From an uncultured Phycisphaerales bacterium (GTDB lineage Bacteria > Planctomycetota > Phycisphaerae > Sedimentisphaerales > Anaerobacaceae): a DNA stretch of 64,000 nucleotides. Positions 61,536 through 64,000 of this stretch are shown here, piece by piece. Each line of letters begins with the position of its first letter. Position 1 is the first letter of the stretch. The notes beneath the pieces were generated by a model. The model saw nothing but the letters and a program-made list of their open reading frames with translations. It was not told where the DNA came from and searched no databases. The position numbers and the translations under genes were made by a program. The DNA is taken from the NCBI GenBank assembly GCA_963772725.1, contig CAVYYI010000003.1, positions 736,001 through 800,000 of the forward strand. Reading direction: 5' to 3'.

Positions 61536-61751
61536 TTATCCTTTTTGACTTTTTTCGAGCTGCTGCTTTAATTGCTGGATTTCATCAGCCAGTTTGCCCA
61601 CTTCTAATCGCAGCTTTCGTCTCTCTCTGTCAGTCTGTATAAGAAATCTGATAAAGAGATAAATCAAATATATTGGAATTCCCCAACAAATCAAAAGCAT
61701 TAAAACCGGGAGCAATGCAATGCCCCATAAAGCTAAAACATTTGTTATCAT
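61536..61751 (-). CDS. Small membrane protein with coiled-coil tail
   Basis: TM segment then ERRKLRLEVGKLADE; ATGA overlap with the HTH gene. Confidence 0.6.
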   Translation of the reverse strand: MITNVLALWGIALLPVLMLLICWGIPIYLIYLFIRFLIQTDRERRKLRLEVGKLADEIQQLKQQLEKSQKG

Positions 61752-61951
61752 TTTTCGTTCCTTTCCTTTATTTCTTTAGGGTTGACTTTTTTCGATTCCA
61801 GCCAGGCGTCAACATCCGCCCTGTCAAAGCTGATATTTTTATGGCTTAGTTTTATATAAGGCGGACAATCGCCGCTTGCGATGTATTTGTAAATCGTTCG
61901 CTTTGATACTCCCAGGTAAACCGCAAAATCTTCTATCGACATTAACTGCAT
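61748..61951 (-). CDS. Excisionase/AlpA-like HTH protein
   Basis: LMSIEDFAVYLGVSKRTIYK..G..P..F.RADVDAW. Confidence 0.85.
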   Translation of the reverse strand: MQLMSIEDFAVYLGVSKRTIYKYIASGDCPPYIKLSHKNISFDRADVDAWLESKKVNPKEIKERNEK

Positions 61952-62385
61952 AAGTATGTATCCTCATCAATATTCAGCAATATGACACAATATACATCAT
62001 AATGCAAGATAAATCAGGAAATTTTTAAAAATATTTTTTCATTAAGCGTTAAAAGATAGCTGTCAATGTAGAAATTTTGCGTTCAGGCAAGTTTTCTGTC
62101 TATATAAATATATATTATTATTTACAGATTTATGAATAAGCTCTTTTTGCATTATTATACCTTCACTCACTGCTGCCCTTCTACATAATTACTGTAATCC
62201 TCCTGTCAAAACAATCGACATCCGCTATATAAAATTGAACTTTGCAGGCTAACAGCTTTTACAAACAAATAGAACAGAATTCCTTTAAATCCTTAGAATT
62301 TACACTTTTTACTTTTTACCTTTACATTTACTGACCATCGGTCACTTTGAGAATCCCCCCCTCAGCCAATTTAATTCCATCATTT

Positions 62386-62401
62386 TGTTCCACGTGAAAC
62401 A
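62386..62401. promoter_or_regulatory. parS site 1
   Basis: TGTTCCACGTGAAACA, matching the widespread chromosomal parS consensus. Confidence 0.93.
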
Positions 62402-62651
62402 TCTCAAATTGTATTCCCCGCAAAGGCGCCAAGACGCTAAGAAATTTTAATCACTACTTATGCAGATTGAATAATAATCTTGCCTTTTGGTGCCTTGCGA
62501 TAAACTTTTAAAAATCTGCGATTATCTGTATATAAAAAAAATCAGTGTAATCAGCGAAATCAGTGTTTAATCTACTTTGATTCCTTCGCAGGCCCGGAAC
62601 TTCTCCTCAACGCTTCACGAGATACAAGATATGCTTCACGCCTTTTAAAAA

Positions 62652-62667
62652 TGTTCCACGTGAAACA
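62652..62667. promoter_or_regulatory. parS site 2
   Basis: TGTTCCACGTGAAACA. Confidence 0.93.
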
Positions 62668-62804
62668 TTTTTTTAAAAAAACTCTTTTTTTTACTTGTAA
62701 TCATAGAGTTTTTATGTAAATATTCCGACATAAGATTTAGATATCAATCTTTAATCAAAAAACATTATGGATAATGGATATTGTTAAGTGAAGGAGCGCT
62801 TTAT

Positions 62805-63767
62805 ATGTTGGACAACAAAATAGATAACAAGAAGGAAAAACCACGGCATCTCGGCAGGGGGCTGCAATCACTTTTAGGTCCTATAAACCTTGAAATATCT
62901 GAAGAAACTCCGGTGGTACCATCGCCATCTTTGGCCCCTAACTTCCCGCCAGATAAAGAGTTACGCGAATCAATGAGGGAAATCAGCGTTGACGCTATCT
63001 TGCCAAACCCATATCAACCTCGAACGGTTTGGAACGAGCAGGAACTTGCCGAACTGGCTGAATCCATCAAATGCAACGGCATAATTCAGCCGGTAATCGT
63101 CCGCCCCGCCGGTGCCAAGTTTGAGCTTATTGCCGGCGAGCGAAGATTTCGGGCTGCTAAAATCGCGGGCCTGAAAACCATACCGGCAGTTCTCCGGCAG
63201 GCTACAAATGAGCAGCTCCTCGAACTGGCGTTAGTTGAGAACATTCACCGCACAAATCTCAATCCCATCGAAAGGGCAAAGGCCTATCAGAATTATCTCA
63301 ATACATTCTCATTGAGCCAGGTTGAAGCCGCACAGCGACTCGGAGAGGACCGGTCTGTTGTATCTAACTACTTGCGACTACTGGACTTACCGGAAGAAAT
63401 CAGGCAGATGCTGATTGAAAATCAACTTTCAATGGGGCACGCCCGCGCGATTCTTTCACTGCCAAGCGATGAACTTCGACGCAAATTAGCAAATCGCGCA
63501 ATGGCAGGGCGGCTAAGTGTCCGTGAAGTCGAAAGACTCGTCCGCAGATACCTGTCGGCGAACACACAGGGCAAAACAACGGTCCGCACCAAACCCGCAC
63601 ATATTATCGACCTCGAAAACCGGCTGACAAGCCAGTTAGGCACTAAAGTTACTATTGACGCACGAAGAAACGGACAGCGAGGCAAAATTGTTATTGAATT
63701 TTATTCTCTCGATGAGTTCGACCGGATAACCGAACGAATAGGCCTGGCCTCTACGGAAGAGGTATAA
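62805..63767 (+). CDS. parB: Chromosome partitioning protein ParB/Spo0J
   Basis: LGRGL, PNPYQPR, IAGERRFRA, ALVENIHR, HTH, GHARA; AAGGAG RBS. Confidence 0.95.
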   Translation: MLDNKIDNKKEKPRHLGRGLQSLLGPINLEISEETPVVPSPSLAPNFPPDKELRESMREISVDAILPNPYQPRTVWNEQELAELAESIKCNGIIQPVIVRPAGAKFELIAGERRFRAAKIAGLKTIPAVLRQATNEQLLELALVENIHRTNLNPIERAKAYQNYLNTFSLSQVEAAQRLGEDRSVVSNYLRLLDLPEEIRQMLIENQLSMGHARAILSLPSDELRRKLANRAMAGRLSVREVERLVRRYLSANTQGKTTVRTKPAHIIDLENRLTSQLGTKVTIDARRNGQRGKIVIEFYSLDEFDRITERIGLASTEEV

Positions 63768-64000
63768 TCATAACGCCTTGTGTTTTGTGCAGAGAGGCGT
63801 TATCAGTACTGAAAAGGGCGAAAACAACATATATCATCTATAGGTAAGCTGCAGATTCACCGCGCCGTTGCGAATCCATGGTTTTAGCGGTTTTACCGGC
63901 AGGGGGGGTTCTTAACCCGAAATAGCGAATAACCATTTTACTTTCACTGTCCTTTTTGTTACAATCAACAGTTTGGATTATTGTCGCTTTTTGGAAAAGA

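Noticed and set aside
61536..61951. Integrative element marked by the excisionase-like gene
   Set aside because: No integrase or att repeats nearby; more likely a stand-alone regulator.
240..63685. Many short antisense or overlapping ORFs in the track (for example 10997-11218, 26593-26973, 7796-8194)
   Set aside because: They overlap well-supported genes, RNAs or repeats and show no protein motifs.
1..64000. CRISPR array
   Set aside because: No run of identical 25-45-bp repeats with unique spacers was seen; the repeats found are short tandem, inverted or widely spaced.

Overview
A 64-kb bacterial chromosomal window, probably from a Planctomycetota (Phycisphaerae-like) genome; this taxonomy is inferred from gene content and repeat style, not tested. 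It is probably origin-proximal, since two parS boxes and parB lie at the right end. Housekeeping and regulatory genes include ssrA, rne/rng, trmB, tRNA-Tyr, csrA, rpiB, a tsaC-phosphatase fusion, znuABC-like, glgP, thiE, parB, an ECF sigma factor and a minimal T2SS/pilin cluster. Accessory DNA is interleaved with these: (i) a phage-like minus-strand operon (HTH, ABC ATPase, GNAT, ParB-N, Rep, HTH) whose first gene is split by an IS5; (ii) a small array of orphan genes each preceded by a repeated promoter module; (iii) HEPN-MNT and Fic genes flanking ssrA; (iv) an AT-rich candidate defence island (GHKL/MORC-like ATPase, two unknown proteins, Vsr, C5 methyltransferase) with no recognisable restriction nuclease; (v) two IS5 copies, IS66, IS982 and several IS scars. 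Non-coding candidates are an nhaA-I-like (Li+/Na+) riboswitch ahead of a methyltransferase and a sigma-54-driven, GGA-rich sRNA interrupted by IS982. About ten genes are frameshifted, mostly at GCGC, which suggests methylation-linked long-read errors rather than true pseudogenes. All family assignments come from recognising motifs by eye; no searches were run.
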